The translations under genes were made by a program, and so were the position numbers. A stretch of DNA of 64,000 nucleotides, taken from assembly GCA_965637545.1 (NCBI GenBank), contig OZ281495.1:10416001-10480000 (forward strand). The letters run 5' to 3'. This document shows positions 1 through 13,400 of the stretch, piece after piece; position 1 is the first letter of the stretch, and each line of letters begins with the position of its first letter. This stretch comes from Phallusia mammillata. Lineage: Eukaryota. Below the pieces are notes generated by a model that was given only the letters and a program-made list of their open reading frames with translations, did not search any database and was not told the DNA's origin.

Positions 1-101
1 GTATTTAGTCTGCATTAAAGAATGGCTTTTAATGCATTTGCTGCATTCACTGTTGTTCCTGGAAATCCCTCTTTTCTATTCAATTGTTTTCCCACTTCCA
101 G

Positions 102-1470
102 GCCTGCCTTTGTCTGTTCTGCGTCAGAAGGCAAACGAGTACAATCAACATCGCCGGGTGTTTACCCCGGAAGGTGGTGAAACTTTGCGAGAAGTTGGGC
201 GAAGGACAGAATCATTCCTCAGGTAAAAAGCCGCGCTGTACAGATCCTTATCCTGTTTTCGGTTCCAGCTGAAGGTAATGAATAATTCATACCGTTTTGC
301 AATTCATCAACAGGTCTTTGTGCGACCGTCTATGGAACGACAGCTCCATTACTGATGGCAATTTCACTTCACCAATACACGTCTTGGTTGTGGCTCATAG
401 TGGTTCTATTCGCAGTCTCGTTAGCGTGTAAGTTTATTTTACATCTTACCATACAAAAGTGTGTTAATAGTGAGAAAAGGCCGAAGTGTAATGCAACAAC
501 CATTAGTTGAAATTGTGGTTATTGTTATTGTAGTAGTTATTTTTTTCGCTCTTTTTGCCCTCATACGACTTTGCATTACAACCGAGACAAAAGTTCGTTT
601 GTATGTCAACAATTTGGCATGGTTAACTCTCAACATATAACTTACACATTGCGCAACGACAAAAAAATTACTGTCAACAAAAACTGGCAACTTAGCAGTG
701 CAGTAAACAAACCCAGTTGGTTTAAAAGTTCGGAGCCTTGCTAAACTTTTTTCTTTCATTTGTGACGTTCTCACCAGGAAGTTCGTATTTACGTAGCCAT
801 ACGCGTAGCGTTGACGTCATGATATCCGCTGACATGCGCTGCTCTATTGTTCCTTTGTGCCTTGTGAAAACCCCACAATTAGGGTCAAAACACTTATCTA
901 TGACTGCCTAAATATGAAAAACAGGACAAATGAGCTTTGGGGGTTTTGAAAAAAATCGCTTTTTGGCCTTGCTTCGTTGATACTTGCTAATTCCCTATAA
1001 TTTATAAATATGCATTACTGCATTACTGAGCATAACATTTCTTTGGTTAAGGGGTCTCGTTATGTTTTCTCATTTTATACTCTTGGACCGTAACACAATA
1101 CGTGCTGATGTGTTTGACAAATGAATGCGAATAAAAGCAAAATCATCGCTGCCTCGACTCTGCTGCTATAGGTATAGCTTTTCCATGCGGCAAATGAATG
1201 ATTGGCGGCTTGATTAATTATAGACTGGGACAGAAATACAACTGCGACGTGCCGGATGACCTGATCGACCTTCCCTGCGAGAACACCAACCAAACCCGAG
1301 TCCACTTCACCCTTCGCTCACGTGACATCTGTGAGGACCTGAGGAACGTTACCTCTTCGAAAGACTGTAGTAACGATCCGTATGTCCTCGAAGTTCACTG
1401 TACGAAACTTTTCAATTCCGAACACTTAAAGTCGATGAAAAGGCGGTCGAATATGAATGACGGAATTTAA
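102..1470 (+). CDS. TIGAR: TIGAR-like histidine phosphatase (fructose-2,6-bisphosphatase/PGM family), 3' part only; exons 102-222, 314-427, 1224-1470
   Basis: Spliced translation gives GLPLSVLRQKANEYNQHRRVFTPEGGETLREVGRRTESFLR-SLCDRLWNDSSITDGNFTSPIHVLVVAHSGSIRSLVS-V-LGQKYNCDVP...VHCTKLFNSEHLKSMKRRSNMNDGI*. This resembles TIGAR FTPPGGETL..V / VLVVSHG..RSL / VQC..N..HL as recalled. All junctions are GT-AG and phase-consistent. The N-terminal RHG motif lies upstream of the window. Confidence 0.8.
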
Positions 1471-2471
1471 GGCTGACTCAAAGGACAGTTTGTGGATGCT
1501 TTTGTTTTCTGAAGATTGGTGTTGAATTTACTTGATTCTGTTTCATTGTTGCCAAAAAGTACGTGATATTTTACTTGCAGTTGATGTTACGGGGTGTTGA
1601 ATGTTTGTGAGTAGTACTTGACACTGACAACTAAACATACAATGTCTTTAAAGGGGCAGGGGACAGAAAAGCAAGGTATGAAAACAAAACTTAAATCCTA
1701 AATCTCAGTTTTCATCAAATCCACGTTTCAAATCAACTGCAACAAACTTTACAAAAAGTGGCACCTAACCTGCGTGCTTTGCCACTTGAAGAGTCTGCGC
1801 CTTTTTTGTAAACTGTAGAGGATATTTCGTGTAAGCAAGATCACAGCCAAACCCACACAGTAGTAATATCTTCGTAGAGATATATTTTTGTTCTGAGAGG
1901 CGCAAAATGCACCCAAATACGTTTTGTAATCATAAATTCATTTGTTCAAATTAAAACACTGTTACATAAAGCAGTTAGTTTTCTAGTTGAAGAAGTGGGA
2001 TCGACATAACATTTCAATGGTTTGTGACGTCAATGTTACGTCACGTGTCCTCTATTGCACTTTCACGAAAGAGTAAATGGAATCGGTTTGCTTTGAACTA
2101 AGATATAAATAGGGACATTCGAATACACAGTGATTGTAACAACGGGACGTTGCGTACGACGAAAAGAGCAAAAAGGAGATTCGGGCACAACGCTGATGCA
2201 AGCTATGACGCTCGCAACACACGAAACACCAAACAGAAAAACAAAGCGCACTCGAAATATTGCGCGTGCGCCAACGCATCACGCAGGGAAAACGTCATAG
2301 CGCAAGCCGAAACCCGGTATAATGCGAATTCCGGGAAAGGTCAGGACGCTGGAAACTTGAAAACTTGTGCAAATGCTGATTTTGAAGCGTTTACCATTGG
2401 CGATCTCCGTCACCTTCAGTTTCTCGAATGTTACTGGGTGTGTTTTGACCGGTGCCTCTTATGCATCCAAG

Positions 2472-5400
2472 TCAGCACCCTGGTCCACCAACGGTAATAG
2501 ATCTCATCGTGCTGCGTGCCGTTGAAATAGTGGATGTGTACGCTGGAGGTTTGTGGTGCAGGGGCGGCCCGCTGTACGATTTAAGGTCCCGAAAAACTGT
2601 AGTAAAAAACTGGGCGTCGTTGTTGATTCGCAGCATCTTGCCCGACATTTTGTCCATGATCTTACAGCACCGACCCCAAAACGTGTAGCGTTCGGATTCG
2701 ATAAGAAATGGTCGAAGAGGATAGGAGATCTCGTTGCCCATGTACGAGTAGCTCATGTAAAGGCATGTAAGCACAATGCACTGAACTTCAAAGACTGACG
2801 ACGCATTCTCGGGTACCATCTCCCGGCACAGCATGTACACAAACACCACGCTGGACGGCATTATAAACGTGATGTCCTGCCAGCCTTGCATTAGAAGCGA
2901 CCGGTCGACGCCGTGCAGCCACGAAATCACGTCGCTTGGGTCAAGGTCAGGTAGTCTTCGGCATCGCCGGCATATAAACTCGCCAAGACACCTGAGAAGT
3001 TCAGCAGTCGATGCTTGGATAACCACTTTTCGTGGTGCTCCGCTTGGTTTAGTGGCGGTCTGCTCTGCAGGTTTTGGTCTACTCTGCGCCACAGCGTTGG
3101 TAACAACGTTGCCCACTTTCCGTTCAGTAATCTCGTTTCGCCCTCCATCTCGTGCGTTGCTGTTGGCGAGGGACAGTTGGGTTTGCTTCACACCCAGGCC
3201 TTGGTATTGATCTTGCAGGCCTTGTTTGGTCTCGCCTTGAGTTCGAGGCTGCTGGTAAACAGGCTTCGTATCAACGACTCCGTTCGTTAGGCCGCTGGGC
3301 GCTTTGGAGTTGATCACATACATGGATTGCGACTTCTTTAGGCTGTTGCTATGTCCAGCTGGAAGGCCATTGGTGTGCCGGGCATGGACGTGGTTGCCAT
3401 GGTTGGCTTGGTACAACGTCCCATCGGGGTATGATATTGATGGGTTGACCTGAACATAAGTCAACGTTTAGTTTCAAAGTCAACGGTTAGCTAAATTTCA
3501 AATGGCACAACGGTCTTTTTATAAGTCAACGTTTAGCTAAGTTTCAAATGCCATAACGGTCAACAAATTAGTTACAATAAATTTTTTTTAGAAAAGTCTT
3601 TGTTTGATAACTCACCTTTGAACCTTTGCTGCCTCGCCGTCTAGTCGACTCAACCAGTCGCTTCCAGGCTGTGCTGCTAAAAATTATTGATCGCTTCTTT
3701 CGTCCATGTTGATTCGACTCCACGAAGGGAATCTGAAAGAGGAAAGGGCAAACAATTTAATTACTGATAACTCCAATCGTTTAACCACAAAATGACGTAC
3801 AAGCTAAAGTAAATAAAGGGTATTTGACTAACTGTTACCAGTTACCACAATAAACATTTATGTCTTTTTCTACTCGTAGCTTTGTAAGTTGTTTTTGTTG
3901 GGTTTGTGTATCGGTTTTGGAAGCTTTTTTCTGTATTTAGAATGTTTTACAGCAGCTTCGAAACACAAGTTTCTTTGAAACTTGCCTTTAGTTTGGCAGA
4001 GAGAGGTTACAGTCGTAAATAATTGTATTATTTTTATAATTGTAGCTATTGATTTTGAATTAATAATTGTAACTGTTGATAAAAACTGTAAAACATTTTT
4101 TTGGAATGTTGCACTAGTGCAGCATAGTTGCTCTTTGCAGGCCAGGTTAGACTTAAGACAACTTAAAATTGAGACATCGATCAATAACAGATTGGCTTTC
4201 AATTCCCCTGGTGACAAACAAGGCCAGATATCGACGTTGGGGTTCGATCGATTTGAGGCGGGTGCGGGACGACAATTACAATGATTGCAAAAAGGCTTTT
4301 CACCCGTCCGTATAAACTTTATAAAGCATTCATTTGATGTATTGTTTTTCCTATGGCTACGTTTGGTTAATTGGAAATATCTAAATCGTGATTATATTGC
4401 TGATGAACAAAAAAGCCTTTCATCGATATAATATAGTGTTTTTCGCGCCAATGCAAAACCTATGCTTGGTGATAGAGGCAATATGAGGCTGATCAGAGGC
4501 TAGTCAGGAAATGACAACACAGGCAACGCTGTTTCCTGTGTGATGAAACGACTAATGATCGTTACGCAGCCGCTTACTGCAGCGAAATAACAACAAACCG
4601 CGATCAAACTAGTGATTAGGGGCACATAACCTCCTTAGCCACACACGGGAACAGCGTAAACCACGACATACGCATTTCGGGGTGGGTTTTGTCACCACAG
4701 TATTTCCTTCGGCATTTTGCAACACCCCGTGTGCAAGGATTTAGGTCTTTCTTATATCATATCGAGGTTTGCCCATAGAAACGCAACAAATATACAACCA
4801 AGTTTACCTCATATCAGCCAAGGCTGAAACAGAAGCCCTTTAGAGGGCCGCAGACTTCACCCCAACTAACCCCTTTTTCTAGCTCCAAAATAGTTGCAGC
4901 AAACACATTTGTGGTGTTCTGAGTAGTAGTAACCATTTAAATTTCATTAACCTACAGCAAAGGGTATTTCCGCATATTAAACTATGTGTTTTGAACTGTG
5001 ATCGGCCAAAGGGTAGGAAAACACCGCAATTTTTGACTAACGAGCAAGTTGTGCCTATTTATGACAGCGCAAACCCACGCTAGGCCCCGCACGTCAGCAC
5101 CTGATCATGCTGCATGATGCAATGTGTTTACGGAAACGGAACGCTTTGATTTCACACGTCATTTGCATCAAACGACTGTCAGTTCGAAAAGCCGCTGCTC
5201 TGACGGCTGTGGTAGCGCGGGGCAGCCGGGTATGTAAGTGTGCCAGGAGGACATTAAATGCGCGGCAGGGTGACAAATTGATGATGTGATGCATTGTGCC
5301 ACATCCGCTGAGCATGCGGTGTTGTGTCGGACAGGAGCGCACAATCACACGCTGAGTTAGATGCGCCCTCTTATCCGCTTTTGTAATAACACTTCCGCGT

Positions 5401-7430
5401 TCTGTACCGCCAACCTAGTAAGCCCAGAAACAGCCGCGAATGGCAAAAGCTCCGCGATGTTTTCCCGCTTGTGACATTTGGGTAGGAATTGCACCAATGG
5501 ACAACATCCCATCACGCGCCTTTGATGTATGAATGGGCTAAGCGCAAAGGCATTGAAATTTGTAAAACGTGGTTGCGAAACTATTTGGAAAAGCCCATTC
5601 ATACTGAATCCGTAAAATTCAACTCATATCGATTGAAACTTTGTCGATTCTGTAGCGCCATGCACTTTGAATAGACGATCCTCGAATATTTCACAACACG
5701 ACTGAGGGATAAATTTAACGATGAGTTAAATTACCGAAGGTTAGACAAACTCGTGATGTAAGTCATTTGTTACAAAAAGGATGCACAAGAGCAGTCATGT
5801 AACGAACAAGGGTGATCAATTCACGAACTCATGAGAACCGTGCACTGACTCCCGCACTGTACAACCTCCCTCCACAGATGATGTAGACGTAAATGCACGT
5901 GATTTGAGTGTGTTGGGAATATTTTGTGTGCTGCCAATTTCATTAAAATCTTGAGTCGATAACCCCGCCCCTTTGCTTGTCTATATTGATTAGTTGGACA
6001 CTAGTTTTATTTCGTAACATTTGTGACATTTCAGGAAAGTCGCCCTTATAAGGTGTTTTTTGCTTACACCACTTTGTTTCAAACTTGTACAAGACAAGGC
6101 CATAACTAACAGGATTCACTGTTTCAAAACTGGTTTACATAAAACTGTTTTATAGCTCAAAGGGTAAACTGTAATGACATTTTTTATGGCCATATGTGGT
6201 CCAAAAAAGTAAACAGCTACTATGGTTTTTAGTACACTTTAGTTTAGGGGTTTCGTTGTGCGATACATTAATGCTGATTTAAATTTCGCCTTAAAAAGTA
6301 GTACCTGTCGTTTTTATTTAAAATGTCTGAAACTTTCACAACACTTCAGTCCTATCAAAGCCGCTACACCGAATCAGTTAGATTTGTTTGTAATTGTGTT
6401 AGCTTGCGTCTTTAACAACAAACAATTCGAAAAACTCTCGATAGCTCAACGCATAAAAACTTGCACAATAATTAGAATATTCGTGCGATGATTTTTTTTA
6501 ATATTCGTGCAGCGAACAGGTTTTGGTCATTTTTGCTGCGTCTTTTTAAAGTTTAGAGTTTACTTGGGGTGGTGGTGTAATTATGAGAGGGGGAGACGGT
6601 TGGGCTGTGAAATGCGTCAAAAGTTATGGCAACGCACAGGATTCACATCAGCATCCAGCTACAGCTCACGCACTCGCAATTGAGTCACGTCAGTGCAGAC
6701 GACAGATACCTATAGCATCCTGTTTACCATTTTGCTGTGCCGTTTTCATACCAGCTACATTACTGATACTTGCATTACATAACTGTAACCGCCCAAAAGA
6801 AAGATCTTTACCAAAAACTGTGGACTTATGGTCTACCCTGCTGTTTTTGTCCTTTCCATTATTAGGCGTGCTTAAAATCGATGGTATCCTTATGTAACTG
6901 CATTATAACTTTATCGAAACTATGCCATTATATATAGGGTGCGTTTTTAGAGTGCCTGTGGTTGATCGATTCCATCCCAGCTTGCGCCTTTACTGTTTTC
7001 TATTCGGGTGCACTGTTGTTAAATAATTTATCAACGCGTTTGAACGTTGGTCGTTATTGCAAATGAATTCCAACTAGACAACGTAATACCAATGGAAGTC
7101 GCAGCTACATACACCAAAATCTACATTCGTCGACAATACCGATTGTTTCCACGACAATTGTCAAGGCTTGTTTGGAAGGTTTCAAACAAATGCGGGACTG
7201 GTAGATTTTTCGCAAGTGGACAATGTTATTTAACAGCGCCTAAAAGCGATCCAACAGTAACAGTGTTTGGGACTGAACACATACGTATTAAAAGGCCTTG
7301 TGTTTTTGGAGTCCAAACAACGTTTGTTGTGTTTAATGTAGGCAAGGACTTTGTAACTAACCTGTTTAAGATTTTCAATGCTTGATATCCGTTGATCACG
7401 TTGCAAGTCGGCGGTCACACTGTTTCCCAT
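2472..7430 (-). CDS. CDK5R1: CDK5 activator (p35/p39 family), about 387 aa; exons 7362-7430, 3616-3732, 2472-3449
   Basis: The large exon encodes the p25 core (VVIQASTAELLRCLGEFICRRC..WLHGVDRSLLMQGWQD..CLYMSYSYMGNEISYPLRPFL). The middle exon has RKKRSIIFSSTAWKRLV, resembling p35 KRHSIISVLPWKRIV. The first exon MGNSVT... carries a myristoylation-type N-terminus and a CAG|GTTAGT donor. Both introns are phase 0. The first exon is less certain than the core, and CDK5R1 versus CDK5R2 orthology is unresolved. Confidence 0.9.
3456..3561. repeat. Imperfect tandem duplication (about 38-45 bp unit) next to the CDK5R intron-2 acceptor
   Basis: agtcaacggttagctaaatttcaaatggcacaacggtc (3478-3515) versus agtcaacgtttagctaagtttcaaatgccataacggtc (3524-3561); ataagtcaacgtttag occurs at 3456 and 3521. 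Confidence 0.75.
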
Positions 7431-10400
7431 TTTTCCAATATGCTCGAAGTAATGAAGTCTGAATTATTGATGAGTCCGTCAACGTTGCTGGACCCGAAAC
7501 GGTTTCAGGCCAAAGCACAGTTAACTCAAAAAGTCACTAGGCATTCAGCTTTAACACATCGGACTCTGGAAATAGATAAATGACCGGTTACAGTCGTAAT
7601 GCAACAATGTATTTGGGGTTTCCCATGATTTTTCATGAGTTTTCGAAGCTGTTAAAATTGTTACTGCCGCTGCATGTCTGTTGCTTTTCAAACTTGAAAG
7701 AAGGCTTTTCAACCTTTGTTATGGTAAAAAACGCGTCCAACTGGTCAAAATCAATACTGTACATTTGCTCTTAGCCTGATTCCAATGAAAGGCACAATCA
7801 CAAATCAGCCTTAAACTCGATTTATATCATGTCTTCGATATTCAGGCAGTTTTGATATATTACTGAAAAACTGTACGTGCCCTTAGGTTGGGTGTTAACA
7901 AAATCCCTCCTAACACCGCACACATAAACAAGTTACAACTAAAACCGGCTGTTTTCCTTATTAGCGCCTGGAAAAACAAACAAGCAGGCGTTTGTTTCAA
8001 AATCTTATTCTCTGCAGCATCATACAAAACGCCTGTTGTGTAATCGGCTTACGAAAGCATCTATGCATCGCAACACCGTCATCAGAAAGACACAAAACAA
8101 CATGTTTACCGTCCTGCCGTGATTACTAACGCATTTTTATGATTTCTTAGTTCAACTGAAGGCAAACTCCTCATCATGGTCTATAACTCTATATGAACAT
8201 GCTGATAACTGCGAAAAACAGTTTGAAGTCATAACATTCTAAAGTTTTAACCTAACCATAAACAGATTTGCTATCGCTTTCAGCTGCTTAACCGAACGGC
8301 CCAACAGCCTGTCAGGCAGCGACCAGCAACACTGCGTATTATTCTTCCGAGTATAGTTTTCAGTCTTTGCGCGAGACAAACGCTGTGAAAAAGGCGCCCG
8401 GTATCAGACTTCCTGCTTCACCACAATGGCCTGCTTGCCACGCTCTCAGAGACCAGCAATACAAAACTGCCGGCGTTTGCAGTTATCAAGGGCTTCTCTT
8501 CTCGCCTTTAGAGCACAACTGTTGGACGACTGCGGCCCCGTACTTGTAAAAGGGGATTAGGATGTCCCCTTTTCTACACGATATCGGATTAGTTTCGCGA
8601 ATATATGACACTACGTTAAGTCGATTAACGGACATTACTATACTGCTGTGTTGGCAGTTTATGATCAGAAACGCCTTTCCTCCGATTCAGCTACTTGATC
8701 TTCACTTAAAAAGCAGCCATTCGGAGCGAAATAAATGTGCAAGTGCTTGCAATTTTGCCAAATGTAACTGCCAAAACTCAAAAACGAGCCCCTAAACCCA
8801 AAATAAATCAACCGTCCAAAAACAGCTTAATCTCAACTATTTTTGAGCTAACTGGTCACTGTTTGCGTCTAGTTTTGTTGGTATTGCGCATCCCACCGGT
8901 TTACAGTTAAAAAAAGCCGAACGGACACCACCCACGGAACACTCAATGAAATATGCATAATATGTCACGCGTAAATGCTATTTTGCCACACACTGTGTTT
9001 TCGACTCTGCAGCTACCAGCCCACCACTACAAAAGCCGTCTGTGATATCGATTTAACACCACTGCTTTCCCTTTCTTGTAAACATACCCAATGTAGCAAT
9101 TTTCCTTGTATAACTCACACCTGCAGTGGCCAGCTGTTCTGGGTTTTTTTAAAGCGGGGATGTTTAGACTTGGACCTATACACGTCGATCAGTGGATGGG
9201 AAGCGACCAAAGACGCTGAAGCGATGCTGGGCAATATTGGGGTCGCGATTCGACTACAAGGCGCCAGTCAAGGACAGCGGTTGCGCTACAACAACTCACC
9301 AACAGCAGAGCTAAGGAAACCGGGACATGGAGACGAGAGAGAGAGCTGCCACTACCCGTGAGAAACTTTCATGCAACAGGGAATTCAAACGCCGGCCTTT
9401 GCTATCAATGTACGCGTTATTGTGCGTGCAATATCAAATATGGTTGCAAGCGAAACAGCGGCGTCTCAATTGCCCTTCCATAGGCGAATAACCATTGTAC
9501 AGTGGGTGCTTGATTATTTCCGCGCCTACAAGTTGCACAGCAGTCTGCTAGCAGCGACGTTTTGTCCTTGGCATTTAATGTGAGGGCTGTTTGGCTGCCA
9601 GACAAAACCGCATCGTGCTCCTCAGCGGTCAGTATGACCCCGCATTCATTAGCGCCCAATTGATTTTGGCGTTTGATGTCTATTTTGCAGGCGACTTCCA
9701 CCACTGATCACATTACGGCGTTCAAAGGCAACATCGAAAAAGTGAAGTAAGCTTAGCCATTACCTATATTTACATTGAAATAAGCTTTGCGGTGTTAACT
9801 TCATATGTTTGTGCCAACTTTCCTTTTACCCTTATCTATCAAATTTACACGATAATACATTTAACATATTAGGCCACGTTAAGTTTGAAAATCGCCGAGT
9901 TTAAATGAGCAATAATGGCTCGAAAAAAACGAAATAATCTGTACATAGTAGTTACATTACGCAGTAATATGAACAAGAATTTGTCCTGTTTGATAGTTTA
10001 AGACTAAAAGCAGTTGCAAATTCCTCATAAAGTTTTGCGAATTCGCAAACACTTGCATAGATCAGTTGAGCGGATTTGCATGCGTAATATGCGCAAGGAA
10101 CTATTTCGGGGCAAATTCCCATCGTTGGTTTGAGGTCACATATTTCATACGCTCTGCAGCTCAGCATATACACATTCCCTATTGACCTGTGATTGGGCAG
10201 TGATTCAAGGGACATGTAACTCGTGAGAAGGGATTTGGGTTTGCCTTGCGCCGCCATGGCTTGGCCTGTGACCAATTTCAACACTTCCAGATGAATTTTG
10301 AAGCCACAAACACACTCCAACGCCTTGGGTTAGGGTTGTAGGGTAAGAGGCAAGGTAGGTCACATGATTCAAAGGCCGATCCGCGGAAGCGCATACATTC

Positions 10401-13400
10401 GCACCGCCATTTTGAAACTATTGACGTCCACATTGTGCTCTGCAAGGAGCAACTTTGACAACAAGTTCTGTTAAATAAATACTTCCTATTTGTGATCAAA
10501 AACAGAACCTTTAACTTATACTCACACTAGCTTTGTACAATTTAACACAAAAACAATCCAACAAGTTAGCGAAAACACGCATAACTTTAAAATACATACA
10601 ACTGAAAATTTGTTTAAGCAACTTGTGCTGTGTTACACTTGCTGGGCTGGGCACACCATGCTTCAAACTACGAACATGTAATATTCGCCTTTTTCTTCAA
10701 ATGTAAGGAGACTGCAGGTCAGAGAACATATGTTGCAGCCCGAATTCACCTTAAAAAGCTCAACGAACACAAAAGCTTCAAACCTGGTGGTACGGTGGCG
10801 TTTTCCCAGAATCGATCCACAGCAAAACAATCACAAAAATCGAAGCTACTCAGCCCCCTGACCTTGCGCTGTGACGTTATTCGGGTTCATATTTCGAGTT
10901 GTGTTGTTATTATCTTTCCCTGCTCTACCGAAAGATCGATATATTGTTTCATGGAATATTATGCTGGCTGCTGCAATCTCGGCGTTTGTGACCTCACAGA
11001 TCCCCTGGGCGCAATAGAACGAACTGCGATGGTCAATTGCAATCGTAGAAAACCCCAATAGCTGACGCAAGGCTTATGATAATCGGGCTAGCACATACAA
11101 CCACGCTCAACTATGAACTTTTTCCAATGTATACATACCCAAACTTTATTTGATATTTGGTTCAGTTATTTAGAGCGACATACATACAGTTATCGACTTA
11201 TATTGGGCATACATGATTAATCTAACATCAGCTTTTCTATTCTTTGCAATTGACGCCACTTCTACCTTCTCCTATCGTTTGTATATCATTTGCATTTTGC
11301 TGATGATGCGTTCTTACGTAGACTAAGACTTCCTTGTCAAAAACTGACGTCCAAGAATCGACACGCCACCCTTGCAGTTCTACCTTTACTGACAGGGCGC
11401 GTGTGGAGGTGGAATCCTTGCGTGGCCTATTTCAAACTGTATGGGACGCTTCAGTCGTCCCACACCATCAGTTATCAACATATGGCGCCCGCTGTATACA
11501 TCCCATGGGAATGTAGCCGCATTTTTCATGCTTTTCTCAGCGCCTAGTACTAACAAAGTTATCTATATAACGCGTGAGGCTCTTGCCTAAAATCTCGGAT
11601 ATTGTATGTTATTCCTACGAGAAAACTAAGGCAAAGACGTCAGCCCGGCGCAGAAATATTAACAGTGCAAACGACAGCTTCAAGATGCCAAGTTCAAAAA
11701 GTTTACATTAAACCAAAGCTAAAATGCCATAGCTAATGATCATTTCGTTAAAAAGCAAACTTTAAAGTGGAAAACTTTATTTCATGGTGGGCGAAGATTG
11801 TTCAATTTTTCTACCTTGAAAGTACATAAGAAACATGCGTTTTGCAGTTTTAAATTTATTTTTATTTTTTTAAACATTGAAGCTAAAAGAAAAGTGAATA
11901 CCACAGTTTTCAAACAACTCATAAACTTAAGTAATTAAGAGTAGTTGGGAATTTCAAACAATTTTGGATTTTGTGGCCATTATGATTGCGAATACGCTGA
12001 TGGTTTTTCAATGCCAAATAACGCTCGAAAAAACGACTTTCAAATTTGCAAGTTTGGGCCTAATGTGTCAGGCCTTCCAAACAGGTCGGCGATTTTCCGT
12101 CGTGACAATACCGCGTGAAAGGTTTTTGTCGAAACATCGATCGGATCCAAAATTCAGCATCGGCCCGTGTCATTTGTCGTGCACATCAGCTTGCGCAAGA
12201 TAATTTGAGGCTTAAAAATAGAAACGGTTAATGCCACGAACTGCCAGCAAACTCTGTGCACATAAAATTGTTCAAAGCACGGCAGCAGGTTGCAGACAAA
12301 CTGGCTGAGTGCCAAAATATCAGCAACTTTACAAATCATGGCATTGTGGGAATAACACACTGCATCAATCCACATTTTTCGATTTTGTAAAAGGAAATCA
12401 CCTTAATGTGGTTTAGGCGCAAGTCGCTGTTTTTGGGATGTTAAGCGCAAGAGTTGCACATAACCCTTTGAGACCTGTAGCTAGCCTCTGAACGTGCTTT
12501 TTTGTCCTTGCTGTTCACCTCAAAGCTCACGAACAACACGAACACTGGCCTTGCAACCTTTAAGAGTCGCCGACAAACTACCGAACCCGCCAGTCGAAGT
12601 ACTACTAGTCGATCTGTCGATCATCAAGTATCGTCGCGACGCATTCAAAATTAGCATCAAGCAATTCGCGAATAATTACGTCATTTGCTGAAATGTTCGC
12701 CTTTTCGGACTTGTTTTCTTCCTGTTTTTGTGGCTTGCGAACCCACCACACTCTCTCTACCTGCGTGGGCGCCAGATCTCTCGTCAATGGCAACCAAATT
12801 TGACAGGCAGCGTTTTGAATGGCTGGGCTAAAGTACAGCTATATTTACTTGGTATATTTAGATCTGGAGGCCTTCGTAGTCATTCTATTTGGTCACCATT
12901 TGAAAATTGTTGAAAACATAATAGAGCATGTTGGTATTTACAAAGTTGTTGTTAGGGAAAACGTGTCGTTATGTTTAAATGGACTAAATCAGCTTTTTCC
13001 TTAAATCACTTTGGTTTGAGCCCAGTTATTGTGAATTGCCTATGGTAGCCTAATTGTCGTTTGTTCCATTTGACTTGGCAAGTGCAAGCGATAATTTAGG
13101 AAATGATTACAATAAATTCGATTGCAATATTATTCAAACGACTAGAAAGGGAAATTGTGTTTTGCGACTTCAGTTATGGTTACGTATATGCTCTCGATTG
13201 GTCAAGTTCTATACTGCAACAATAACAGTTAAATATATTTTTTCAATGGCTTTTGGGCCGATGCAGAAATAGCTCACACCTTCAAGTGATCAGCAGAAAT
13301 CCAAAAATACCTGGCAAACAAAGACGAAAATCGATTTCTTATTGTTGTAATGCGGTGCAACCCTATTCGAGGCGACGCGGGGCCCCCAAACCAAGACGGG

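Noticed and set aside
2150-3290. + strand ORFs antisense to the CDK5 activator
   Set aside because: Shadow ORFs of the conserved - strand CDS.
12605-12793. Short - strand ORF and a TGGCGCCC string resembling a tRNA-Lys primer-binding site
   Set aside because: The match to tRNA-Lys ends after about 8 nt, there is no LTR ending in CA next to it, no gag/pol ORF and no phase-consistent exon chain.
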